Positions 13,401 to 23,600 of a DNA stretch of 64,000 nt are shown one piece after another (the stretch's first letter is position 1; each line of letters starts with the position of its first letter). Where the stretch lies: positions 11,098,001 through 11,162,000 of the forward strand of contig CM120646.1 in NCBI GenBank assembly GCA_051362555.1. The letters are read 5' to 3'. The notes under the pieces are model-generated. The model was not told the origin of the DNA. It ran no database searches and worked only from the letters and a program-made list of their open reading frames with translations. The position numbers and the translations under genes were made by a program. Source of the stretch: Lingula anatina (taxonomy: Eukaryota; Animalia; Brachiopoda).

Positions 13401-16400
13401 GTATAAGATGTAAATTTTACTAATTTAGTAGTAAGATGGCCACTAAGTTGTATGTTCTCTTTGCAGTGAATTATCATGTGCCATCAGTTAACATTTCTGG
13501 GGTAGCGCTAGCAATTTTTTTCGCTTAGCCAAATCACCACATTTTTGTCAATTTGTTATCAAAATGGTTATAATTTGGCTAAAACATGTCAAATCAAGCC
13601 CTTTTTCTTTAGCCAATTTAAGTCAGTTTTAGCATTTGGCTAAATTGGAGAGTGTTAGCGCTACCCCAGCATTTCTTATTTAATCTTTTAATATTAATTT
13701 ATGTTTTCATTTTCATTTTTAGCAGATGACAGTGAAAAAATAAAGAATGTCTGCCCCACAGTTTTCTGCGGTGCTGGACGAGAATGCACAGTACTTGATG
13801 ATGGCTCACCAACATGTGTGTGTAAGAAAGCATGCGAACCACACCATCACCCCGTCTGCGGAACAAACGACGTCACATATGAAAACCATTGCGAAATGCA
13901 CCGTGCTGCATGCGTGCAAGGAGTCAAAATATCCAAGAACCATGATGGAGCGTGTAAAAGTAAGTTCAGAGACCAGGTGGTGTTCAAAGTCTAAGTAACT
14001 TATACCTGACATGGTCCAATGGAAGTCATCCTAAAATAAGGCCCTTGGCATCCCATAATGTCATAGGATATTTGAAAACTTGTGAGGATATGTTTGAGGC
14101 GGGGTCAATATTTCAGCGATAAGGATGAAACTCCTGTTGTCTTTGAAAACAATACAAAACTGACACAAAACAGGGTGAATTTGCGCTGTTGTTCTATATA
14201 GATAGTAATTCAGCTGAACTTACAAGTAGGCCTGAAAACAAATGTGGATAAATTCTGTATTCAGTTTTCAGTCACTGACACACTGTAAATGCTAGGTAGC
14301 CTTCCATTATTTCTGAAATTCCAAAATCTCATGAATTAAATCATGCTTGATTTTATCCCAAGTGGTGAGACTTATGTCTATCTCACTGCATTAAGTCACA
14401 TAATGGTCAGATTATGTCAATTTGTACATCATTTATGGCTTTGTTCCCTCTGCTGATGCACAGTTATGTATTAGTCAATGTTAGTTAATGTTTTTTTAAT
14501 GTTTTTTCAAGCAAAAGCTAAAGAAGAAGCTGCCACTGAGAAAGATGAGAGTTCTCTTGAAGAAAAACCACTGGTTTGTTACCAGTTAGAGAGAGACTCC
14601 CTGAGACAGCTTCTTATTGACTGGTTTAAAACTAAAGTGGAAGATGAAGGGTGGTTCTACAAAGGTAATTAAGTCACATACTTTTGTTATTTTAAACAGC
14701 TATGCCCAAGGTCAATCAGGGAAGTAAATAATCCAGTTTTTTCTAAAGAGAGGAGATGAGCAAATACAAACAATAGCTGTTAGAAAAATGGATTCAAACG
14801 TTTAAGGTCTAAATATGTTTGGGTGTCTGTTTCTTGCTTTGAATAAAATACGTACTTTTTCAATTCACATTTAAAAGAGAAAACTTATACATTAACTGTA
14901 AAGTAAAATTATATTCAGAGCTTTAATTTTTCCTTAAATACTTCTTCAAATTTATTCTTATAGAATTATCTCCAATTATTAAATGAGTTGCTGAAAGATA
15001 CTGCTTCCATTTTCTCTATTTTGACATTTTGGAAATAAATAGAGCTGAAATATTCCATTCTAGGCAAGAACTACACAGAGGTCCTCATTGAGAATTTTCA
15101 TGCATGTGATAAAAACCAAAACAACAAGCTGAGTGCCGTTGAATTCCTTGAATGTGTGGAGAGAAACGATACAGTTCGTAACCATGGCAAAGGTGCTGCT
15201 GGTGGAAGCCATGCACACATCATCAGGTGAGGAGCAAGATGGTTCCCAGATGTTAAGAACAACAGCCTCCCCCTCCCCCCCCCCCCATTTCACAAAAATT
15301 TATAAGTCTTTAATTAATAACCAAACTCAGCTAGTTGACTTTTCAAAGCTTTCTACACTAGCTGTAACTAAAGGTTTTAGCTAAAAAAGAAGAAGACTAT
15401 TTTGTGAAACTGGGCAGGGGTGTGGAGATGGAGAAGGGAAGAACTAACAGTATTTAACACATTTGAAGACAGATTATCATTTAATAAAGTGTGAGTGTAC
15501 TTGGAACAGAGTCGGGGTTTAGTTCAAAATTTCAGCTCAATGTGATCGCAATATTTGTTGTAGTCATTGGAGAAGACTTCTAAAACCCTTTATTTCAGAT
15601 TGAAGCAAATGAGAAATTGAAAACACAATGATTTTGAAAACACAAAGGGGTGTGTTGTTGGCTTCAGCGCAGATTGTGTTTCTGTATTTCTAGGGGTTTG
15701 TGTGTCGATGCTCTGATCATCATGTCAGACGAGGATTCCGACTGGCAGTTGGATCTGGAGGAGTTCCGCCAGTGTATGGATCCTGTGTACAGCCCCCCTA
15801 CCAAAAGTAGGTCCTAAAACTTATGTGCCTGATAATGAAATGAAATAGTAATTCTTTTAAAAGATATGACTAAGTTCATATATCAATCGTTGGTCAGATT
15901 TTTTTTTTTTTTTTTTGCAATAACAGCATTTGATATTTATTGTAAAGAGTAGCAAAAGACAAATAGTTTATCAGTTTTCAGTTTAGTCATATTTTGCAAT
16001 AAGAATCTTGAAAATATTTTTAACTGTAGCAGAAAATGAGTATTCATCAGTTTTATGTTATACTTTAATCAAAGGCATCTTTTTGTTTCATGGAGGTATA
16101 TTGATTGAATAACTTGATGATTAAATTTTTTTTCAATTTCCTTCCTATAGAATGTTCCCTTGAAGACAAAATGTACATTGATGGTGCAGAAGTAAATGTT
16201 GACTGTAACATTTGGTAAGTTAACGTCACATTGCATGGATTTGTAAAACCTGGTAATGGACTGAGTTTTACTCTAATGTTCCTTTTGTTTTATCCAAATA
16301 GCTTAAAAAGATTTTGAACGTTTCAGAAATTTGAGATTATTTTTGGTTAAATTGGCAAGAAAGGAGTTAGAATATTTGAAACCACATTTGATTTTCTATC

Positions 16401-17738
16401 CATACACTGTTGTTTGTTTCTTAAAAGTAAGCTGCAGATGCTTAACATAACAAATGGATTTTTACACACCACATTTCCCCAATTATAAATGTAAATAATG
16501 GTTCCAGGGGGAGTCTGGGGCAAGTGAAACTAGGCAAAACTTTAAACCCTTGTTTACCTCCCCCCCCCCCCCACCCCCCCAATTAATAATAATAATAATA
16601 AAAAAACAAAATAAATAAATAAAATAAAAAAGAAAATGAAAAATAAAAATCCTGGTACTGTCAGTGAATTTAACACTTTAAGTCATATCGAGTCAACATT
16701 TGTTATATTAAAGTCTCATATAGTGAGATAGCGTATCACCTAATTCCTATATCCTTATTTCAGTGTCTGTGCCTGTGGGAACTGGGTGTGCACTGCCTCC
16801 AGTTGTAAGACAGATCTCAAGAAGATAGCAGGCAGCTGTGAGTTATATATGCAAACTTTTTTTGTTAAACACGTCCTTGTTAACTTGGAATAGTGTACAA
16901 ACAAGCATATGCGGTCAGTCAGTTAAATATTGGTGGTAAATACCTTAATATATACTTTTAATTTACTAAAAATGAGAAACCTGGTTGAAAATGATAAAAT
17001 ATTGGAATTAATAAGGCATGAGAAATTGGTGAGTAATGGCCATAACCTATTAACCTTCCAGATGATCACCATAGTGACCAGTTGCCGTCTGCCGAGGAGA
17101 GGAAGGCCATATTGGAGGGTTTCCAGGCCACAGACGACGTGGATCTGTCCAGACTGGAGGAGGAAATCAACCGTCACCTGGATGCAGTGTCCGATGAGGA
17201 TGACTTTGGGCCAGTCCCAGACGCACACCTTGGGCGTGATTCCCACCCTGAGGATGTGGAGGAGTTTGTGGCTAATGTGAACACCCAGGAACAGGTGGGA
17301 TACTCCAGAATAGATGTGGAGAACAGGGGACTAGCTTGTGTATGGGTAGAATCCATCATGGGGAGTGGGGAGTTTTACTTATAGCTGATCTTGTCCAAGA
17401 TGTTTTTCCTTGTATGAAGGAAGGGGGGATTATTTTCGTGTTAAATATATTTATTGTAATTTTAGTTTCATAAATAAAAAATTATTTGGGTTTTTCTGAC
17501 AGCACTTGTTATCTTTTATAAATTTTGTGTGCAAACAAATTTTGTGCAAAATTTGATAAAAAATGATATTTCACAAATTGTTCTACAATTTCTCCAACAT
17601 GATTTGTGGATTTTTCTTATAACGACTGACGTTTTTTTATTTGAATTTTACCAATTTCAGACCACACCTGCTCCCACGAAGCAAGCACATGAGCGCAATA
17701 ACCACCACCACAAGAGAAAGCATCACCGCAAACACTAG
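1..17738 (+). CDS. FSTL1: Follistatin-related protein 1-like gene (spliced): signal peptide, FOLN/Kazal, two EF-hands, partial vWFC, extended C-tail
   Basis: Exons 1-64, [8125-8139], 13723-13959, 14512-14664, 15064-15226, 15694-15806, 16151-16214, 16764-16837, 17062-17294, 17661-17738 join in frame at GT-AG sites. Peptides CPTVFCGAGREC, RGLCVDALIIMSDEDSDWQL and CVCACGNWVCTA match recalled FSTL1 motifs. Confidence 0.92.
846..1061 (+). mobile_element. MITE family A (PIF/Harbinger-Tourist-like), copy 1
   Basis: TIR CACCCCATTTCCATAGATT / AATCTATGGAAATGGGGTG; about 215 bp; six copies in the window. Confidence 0.85.
1332..1518. mobile_element. Related palindromic MITE, family B
   Basis: Long inverted arms (CCTAGATCGATCTAGCAGGATTGACCCATCT... 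/ ...AGATGGGTCGATCCTGCTAGATGGATCTAGG); abuts a family A copy via TAA. Confidence 0.7.
1522..1736 (-). mobile_element. MITE family A, copy 2 (TAA TSD)
   Basis: Reverse complement of copy 1; TAA on both flanks. Confidence 0.85.
2833..3047 (+). mobile_element. MITE family A, copy 3
   Basis: Same core (CTCCCTGGGGGTTCA...TCTAGTGAGACTCCCC); inserted in a (GA)n tract. Confidence 0.85.
4315..4391. repeat. poly(A) followed by (AT)n microsatellite
   Basis: Seen directly in sequence. Confidence 0.9.
6507..6720 (+). mobile_element. MITE family A, copy 4
   Basis: Same core; TTA on the left flank. Confidence 0.85.
8125..8139 (+). CDS. FSTL1: Candidate 15-nt FSTL1 microexon (KASTN)
   Basis: tttttcctcaacAG acceptor, ACG|GTAAGT consensus donor, symmetric phase 1-1, no stop. 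Confidence 0.45.
8861..9085 (-). mobile_element. MITE family A, copy 5 (diverged)
   Basis: Same core in reverse; ATA on both flanks. Confidence 0.8.
10182..10349. mobile_element. hAT-like MITE
   Basis: TIR CAGGCCTGTAGCCAG / CTGGCTACGGGCCTG; TSD degenerate. Confidence 0.65.
11072..11338 (+). repeat. 50-bp minisatellite, about 5.3 copies
   Basis: Unit CAGTGGTAGACTTAAACCTGTTCACATCAGATTTCACTTGGTCCTGACA(T/C) at 11072, 11122, 11172, 11222, 11272, 11321. Confidence 0.92.
13497..13669. mobile_element. MITE with 5-bp TSD (hAT5-like)
   Basis: TIR CTGGGGTAGCGCTA / TAGCGCTACCCCAG flanked by CATTT on both sides. Confidence 0.75.
13723..13959 (+). CDS. FSTL1: FSTL1 FOLN/Kazal exon
   Basis: CPTVFCGAGRECTVLDDGSPTCVCKKACEPHHHPVCGTNDVTYENHCEMHRAAC; TAGCAG tandem acceptor; GTAAGT donor. 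Confidence 0.95.
14512..14664 (+). CDS. FSTL1: FSTL1 exon (PLVCYQLERDSLRQLLIDWF)
   Basis: Phase 1-1 exon; resembles the FSTL1 PVVCYQ..RD.LR..II.W segment. Confidence 0.9.
15064..15226 (+). CDS. FSTL1: FSTL1 EF-hand 1 exon
   Basis: GKNYTEVLIENFHACDKNQNNKLSAVEFLECVE; AG/GT boundaries in frame. Confidence 0.92.
15694..15806 (+). CDS. FSTL1: FSTL1 EF-hand 2 exon
   Basis: GLCVDALIIMSDEDSDWQLDLEEFRQCMDPVYSPPTK. Confidence 0.95.
16151..16214 (+). CDS. FSTL1: FSTL1 vWFC exon a
   Basis: KCSLEDKMYIDGAEVNVDCNI; ends TG|GTAAGT. Confidence 0.93.
16764..16837 (+). CDS. FSTL1: FSTL1 vWFC exon b
   Basis: CVCACGNWVCTASSCKTDLKKIAGS; GTGAGT donor. Confidence 0.93.
17062..17294 (+). CDS. FSTL1: FSTL1 acidic C-terminal exon
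   Basis: YDHHSDQLPSAEERKAILEGF...NVNTQEQ; in frame after ccttccAG; GC-rich coding-like composition. Confidence 0.8.
17661..17738 (+). CDS. FSTL1: FSTL1 terminal exon (TTPAPTKQAHERNNHHHKRKHHRKH*)
   Basis: Phase-0 acceptor tttcAG, stop TAG, AATAAA signals downstream at 18147, 18472 and 18783. Confidence 0.75.
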   Translation, partial: TTPAPTKQAHERNNHHHKRKHHRKH

Positions 17739-19640
17739 GATGGGTTTCATCTTGGCAGATGGGGCCATCTAGGGATGAGAGCAAATAATTCTCTGTACTG
17801 TACTTCCAAGATGCAGCTGTATTATCATCATAGAATAGGAATCTCAAAATTTATTAATGGAATTTTAACTTAATGGAAGCCTAGACTGTGATGTGATGTT
17901 CCTAAGATGCCAAATAGAAAACTCAATTCCAAGTAGTCATTTTCATTCCTAAAATTTTGGCCAAAAATGAAATATTGTCATTTTGTTGTTTATGAAGTCT
18001 GTGTCATTGTCTTTGAAAAAAAAAAAAACTTTTTATGTCACTGTTTAGAGGTGTCTGAAGCTTGGAAAAATCCACACCAGCAATTTTTTTTTTTATAAAA
18101 TCTGGCTTAGCTGTGTAAAGCAACCTTTCCTGTAAGCTTGTAATAGAATAAATTGTAACTTACATGTGAGCAATTTTAACTGCAACATTTGAAGTGATCT
18201 TGAAAGTGTAATTTTTGTTATCAGTATCATCCTTCTTTTGCACTTTTAAAAAAAATTGCTTATTGCTGAAGTATAATTTAATGGACTGTAAAATTTTTCA
18301 TTGAAATGTTTAAGTCATACACAAAATTAAGAGGAAGATATACTGTTACTGGTATGTGCTTTTCCCTTGTAAACCATTAAATTAATAGTGTTTTATAAAT
18401 AACCAAAGCTTCTTCGAAGTTACACTGTTGTCTTACATATCAGCCCTTTGAGTTTTTCAATCCTAGCTGAAAATAAAAGTGGAGCAGATATCTTTTTCAG
18501 TCAACCTTTTTTAAATCTTGAAAGATATTCCACAAATTTTATTACTTGTGCCACTTTATGATCTGAAACCCCCAAGTTAAAGTGCAGTTGTATATATGCA
18601 TACTTTTTCGACATTTTTCTAATAATAAGCAGACAAAAAGACTCCAGAAGTTCTATAGGATACAGACGAACATTTTTCTGACCTTTTTATTTCTCTTTTC
18701 TTATCCCTGGCTTACTTTATGCATGGAACTGTCTTGTGCTCAAGTTGTAAAACCTTGGAAAACTGTTGGTGCCACAACGGAAAATAAATGTTGAGGAACA
18801 TGTCTGAGTTTTTTTTCTGTCACAGAGTAAGCCATGTAAATGACTGAGCAGACATTCGGGACTGAATTATTTTATTAGAAATGGTACAAAACAAGGAACT
18901 TAAGGAGGCCATTGACTGTCACCAACTTTGTGACATCAGGAAGACTTGGATTAAGCCAGCCTGTTTCAGTACTTAGCCCCCCCTTTTTTTGACAATTATT
19001 TGAGTCCTTTTGCAGCATGCCAAACAGCATGAAGTTATTTATTAATCCTGTGTGAAATAGGCATTCCACTGATGGCATACAGTACATGAAATGTGACCCT
19101 GACATGAACATGAATTGCAGATGTCTTCAGCCTCGCCCAGGTTTCACAAAAAAAAAAAAAAAAAAAAAAAAAAAGCTTAAGACAGGTTCCAGGTTTCCTG
19201 GCTAAGAACTTAATTACCCAAGATAACATGGTCACATCTTATCCTATCAGGAGCAGTGTAACAGTACTCTCATGAAAATCCTAGTAAGCCAGGGAAATGT
19301 TTTTTTTTAAGAACTGGGGCCTGGTGTAATGGGTATTTCAATTGCACTAACAAAATAAACCAGCACAAGCTGACAAATGCACAGCATAGTTAGTTCCTGC
19401 ATCAAGACCGAATAAATAGCAACTTTTTTTCCATGCAAGCTTTAAGATATAGTCCTGTAAATTACAGAAGAACATCTTCAGCCATTCTGTCCTTGTAGTT
19501 ACTTGGCATAACGCAACAGACTTGAGACCATAATTCGAATGTCACTGACTGAATGACAGTCACATTTCAATGCCAATGACCATGTTAAATACAAAGGAAA
19601 ATGACAATTAGTTCTTTAAGTTTCAAGATGACCATGCCTG

Positions 19641-19721
19641 CTAGCTGGATGCTTTGTCCTTATGTACTACAAGTCCTTTCTCTATAAGATCTGGAATCTC
19701 CACAGCTAGCCATGGTCCAAG
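19641..19721 (-). CDS. UFC1: UFC1 exon 5 (terminal)
   Basis: [26 protein letters not shown]. Confidence 0.96.
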   Translation of the reverse strand, partial: LGPWLAVEIPDLIEKGLVVHKDKASS

Positions 19722-21556
19722 CTGAAAGAAAGAAGGTTCAATTAAAACAAGTAAAAATAAAAAGTGCCTAACTGTGTCAAATCAAGTTAGTAAAAACTGT
19801 CATTCCAAATATCATTATGAAATGTATCTCTATTGATCTATCTCCAACCAGAATATAAAAGAAGTGGGAGATATTACAAATACAAGACTGAAGAACATTT
19901 CATTCATGGAAATAGAGATAACTAAGTCAAATTTACCAAATGTTTGTTTTCCGCATTTTCTCATCGTAAGACAGACGAAATAATTTAACTTCATAGCTGT
20001 TATCTCCCCCCCCCCAAAAAAAAAAAAAAAAAAAAATGTTCAGATTTTTACAAGAGACAGCATTTTTAACTTGAAGAAAAATTGTGTGCACCTGTATAGG
20101 TAAATATGTTTTCTTACCCCTAGTGCAAAAGCCTGTGCTATTCCAAATTTTGGTACATTTCTTGCCCAAAGTGGCTTAAAATGGTCTGTTAGGCAGATTT
20201 TTCCTCCTCTGAAAGATGGAACCCAAATATTATAATAATAACACAATCTTACATAACGATTCTTGCATATCAAAGACACAGATATAATCAAAAGCAAGTT
20301 ACCCAAGTGCACGCATGTGCACAATGCACGTGCTGACAAATGCACACATTTTCAGAAACGGCAAGGACATGGTTATAAGAGAGGCAAGTTTCCAGTAGTC
20401 TCTCTGACTCAGGGTGGACTTTACCTGTACATTTTTGCAGTCTTCCCATCTAACTCTGGAATTGCTATCTCTGGTGCCGTGGTGGGGTACATCACTGGAA
20501 TCTGAAGCAAGGGTGACAGCATTAGGAAATTACAGGTGAAATGTAGGTTAAATTATCTTTTCTGACTTAAAGTGACCCATGACACAATACAACAAGTATA
20601 TTATGTATTTTATAGGAGCTGAATAAAAACAAGTGCAAATTCCTTGTCCCACATTAATGTAACACTTTAATGACATTTTCCTTAAATGTTTTTTTCTCAA
20701 AACATTATCATAATGTTTTAATAATGTTTTTCTTGAAACATTATAACTATGTTTTAAAAACATTTTCTAAAATGTTATTCAAATTTGTTGTTAAAACATT
20801 TTTAAAACCATACATAATCATGTTATTACAAAATTGTAAAAAAAACAGCATTTTTAAAAACAATACATAATCATGTTATTACAAAATTGTAAAAAAAAAC
20901 AACATTTTTATAACATTAAAAAAAAAACATTTTTATAACGTTAAATTTTTTTTTGTTTGCTGGAATGTTTTTTCATACTTACATCAAATTCTACATCAAA
21001 CTCATACTTGAGCAGATTGTGAATATACCAGCATTTGCCAAACCACCGCGTTCCTTCTTTGTTGGACTCAAGTCTGAACCAGTCGTTGTCAGCTTCTTTG
21101 TTCTTTTGCACATACTGAAGTGAAAACATCTTCTCAAACACTTTCTCTACTAAGATACTGATTAAATTAAAATTAATTATCATTAAAGTCATTTATTATG
21201 GTGTCAGTGAAAATATTTAAAAAAAATGATAATGAGCAATGTGACTGCATACGTATATTTAGTTATGACTGGGAAAAAATTAATCAGAGAATATTAGGGG
21301 TCAAAAACTCATATTTTAACCACAATGCCCCCCCCCCCCCCCCCCCCCCCACATACACACACACACACCTTTCAACATTACCATATTTTAGGGAAAATCT
21401 CTGCATTTCTAACAGGCATTTCGCCGGACTTACTGCAATCAGAGCCTGGTACTCTTCCTTTAACCTCTGAGCCCACAGATCACCATCTCTTGGCCCTGCT
21501 TTAGTCTTCAGCAGGGGAATCTGCCCCAAAGTTTTCTTAGTTACTTCGTCTACCAT
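19641..21556 (-). CDS. UFC1: Ubiquitin-fold modifier-conjugating enzyme 1 (UFM1 E2), 5 exons, 167 aa
   Basis: Exons 21556-21434, 21114-20983, 20501-20425, 20208-20118, 19721-19641 give [24 protein letters not shown]...[31 protein letters not shown]...[16 protein letters not shown], with TAK motif and catalytic Cys. Confidence 0.98.
20118..20208 (-). CDS. UFC1: UFC1 exon 4 (catalytic Cys)
   Basis: [31 protein letters not shown]. Confidence 0.97.
20425..20501 (-). CDS. UFC1: UFC1 exon 3
   Basis: [25 protein letters not shown]. Confidence 0.97.
20983..21114 (-). CDS. UFC1: UFC1 exon 2
   Basis: [44 protein letters not shown]. Confidence 0.97.
21434..21556 (-). CDS. UFC1: UFC1 exon 1
   Basis: 41 codons from ATG to GTAAGT donor. 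Confidence 0.96.
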
Positions 21557-22713
21557 CGTGGAACAGGAAGTGAAAGCTTACAGAGCTAGCAGATTGTGCT
21601 ACACGTAGTTTCGTATCTTTACAAAACATCCCTGCTGTATTACGCCCACCTACCGCAATCATCACATTTCATTACACTTATCACATTTGAAATCTACTCG
21701 TACAGGTATTTGTGGGTATTGAATGGTGAGTTTAATACAGCTGGGTGATTCAAACTGTACTCTTTTGCAAGTAAAGTCACCATTTAAGTGTAACATTATT
21801 TTTTTTATAACCGTATTGTATTTGATATTTTTTGTGACCTAAAACAAGCTGTCTAGACACAAGGAGAACAAGAAAACTTCGAATAAAATTTATTAAAAAA
21901 TTCCGATTCTGTCAAGAAAACGAAACACATACACTGTGATCCTGCCACATAAATAATTTATAATTACATTAGCAGTTACAAAAATTATAGTAAAGATTGC
22001 CAAAAGATAAAAAACTTATAAAATGACATTGTGCATTATCCATTGTCATTGGATATTTTACATATTTTCTGTGTGGCATAGCACAAACAATGGAAAAAGA
22101 CCATGTAAGGCAAATATTTGAAAGTCAAGTAGTTCAAATTAAAATAAATAAATAAACAAATGACAATAGGTATACAAAGGAAAGTAAAAAAAATAGTGAT
22201 AAAACACAGACCTTAAAAATGGGATGACTGCAAATTACAAATCAAATTGTCTTAGGTTCAATTGTTTTCTTAAAATCCTCTTAGTCTTACTGATAACAAT
22301 GGGGTAGTCAACAGAATTTATTATGTTACACAGATATCTCACTATGGGACATTAGTCTAAGTGGCACCCAGTTGTTCCAAAATTCTTGAATACAAAAACA
22401 CAACTGCATCCTTTTTTGTGGTCTTCTTAATCTTTGACTGTTCATATAGTTTTGCATCTAAATGCATCCTTGGCAGAATTCACATCCACAATTTTAAGTC
22501 AGACTTTCCAGTGGTTTAAACACCAGTAATGTTCAAGCTGGTAAATTGCAGGTGCAAACAAAGTTTTAATCTGAACCTTTAGTGGTCAGTCGAATGACAC
22601 GTTGAATAGTTCAAACATATCAATATGTCTTATCATGTGACTAATTTAAGACAGTATTTTTAAGTGACAGAAGAGCCCTAGATGATATGCATCTTTTTCA
22701 TTCTCCACCATGA

Positions 22714-22809
22714 CTATAACACCAAGGTATCTGCCCCGTCATCTGGCAAAGGTCCTCCTCGCTTCAGTGCATTATCTAGCTTGTTCTCTTCGGCCAATGT
22801 TTGAAAGTG
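22714..22809 (-). CDS. IFT46: IFT46 terminal exon
   Basis: HFQTLAEENKLDNALKRGGPLPDDGADTLVL*. Confidence 0.9.
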   Translation of the reverse strand, partial: HFQTLAEENKLDNALKRGGPLPDDGADTLVL

Positions 22810-23534
22810 CTGGAAAGATAAAATGTGGTTATTATTTTAAGCTTCATTCCACTCAATCATTTGTATTTACTTCATTATTTCCATCATTTTTTGTTCTGAC
22901 ACCGCTGTTTTAAGTTCTTATTATTTTTTTACTTTCATGTTAAGAAAATCTTTTTAAAAAACAGAATAATGTGCCTGAAATGTGATTTTTCTGAATATAT
23001 TTATGATTACCTTCTAAACCCAAGCATTTTTAGTACTGTTATAATAATAGACTTGTTTCTTGGAGAAAACCAACCTGTGAGTTTTTGAACTCTGAGTACA
23101 ATGTGAATAGTACGTGTAGGGCCTGTATTTTAGTTTTATAAATTGGGATGTCAAGCAGAGCTGAAAATATAAGTATTACTATTAAATCATGAACAAAATT
23201 ATCAAACTGAATAGTCTTTAAGTTCTAATGGAATAAAAATTTCATCACTGCCTTTAAAATAATAATCCATTCCTTAAACAATGACTATTTTCATTGTTAT
23301 ATTGCATTAAAAAATATGCTATTCTGATTGTAGCTTTCTGGCTTTCACTGATGAATAAATTACCAACATTCAATTGACATATTGTTATACGGATATCCCT
23401 GCTAAGTCCAATTTATTTATTGGCTAAATAATTAGCCTACTCACAGCATATAATGTCCACATACATTCCCAGATCACAGTCCAGATCAGCAGGAGGCAGG
23501 CTCACCTGGAGAGAACAATTTTATTACTATATTA

Positions 23535-23600
<66 letters not shown>

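Noticed and set aside
20640-20960. AT-rich internally repeated segment in a UFC1 intron (about 57-bp duplication at 20810-20900)
   Set aside because: Probably a decayed MITE; ends and TSD could not be defined.
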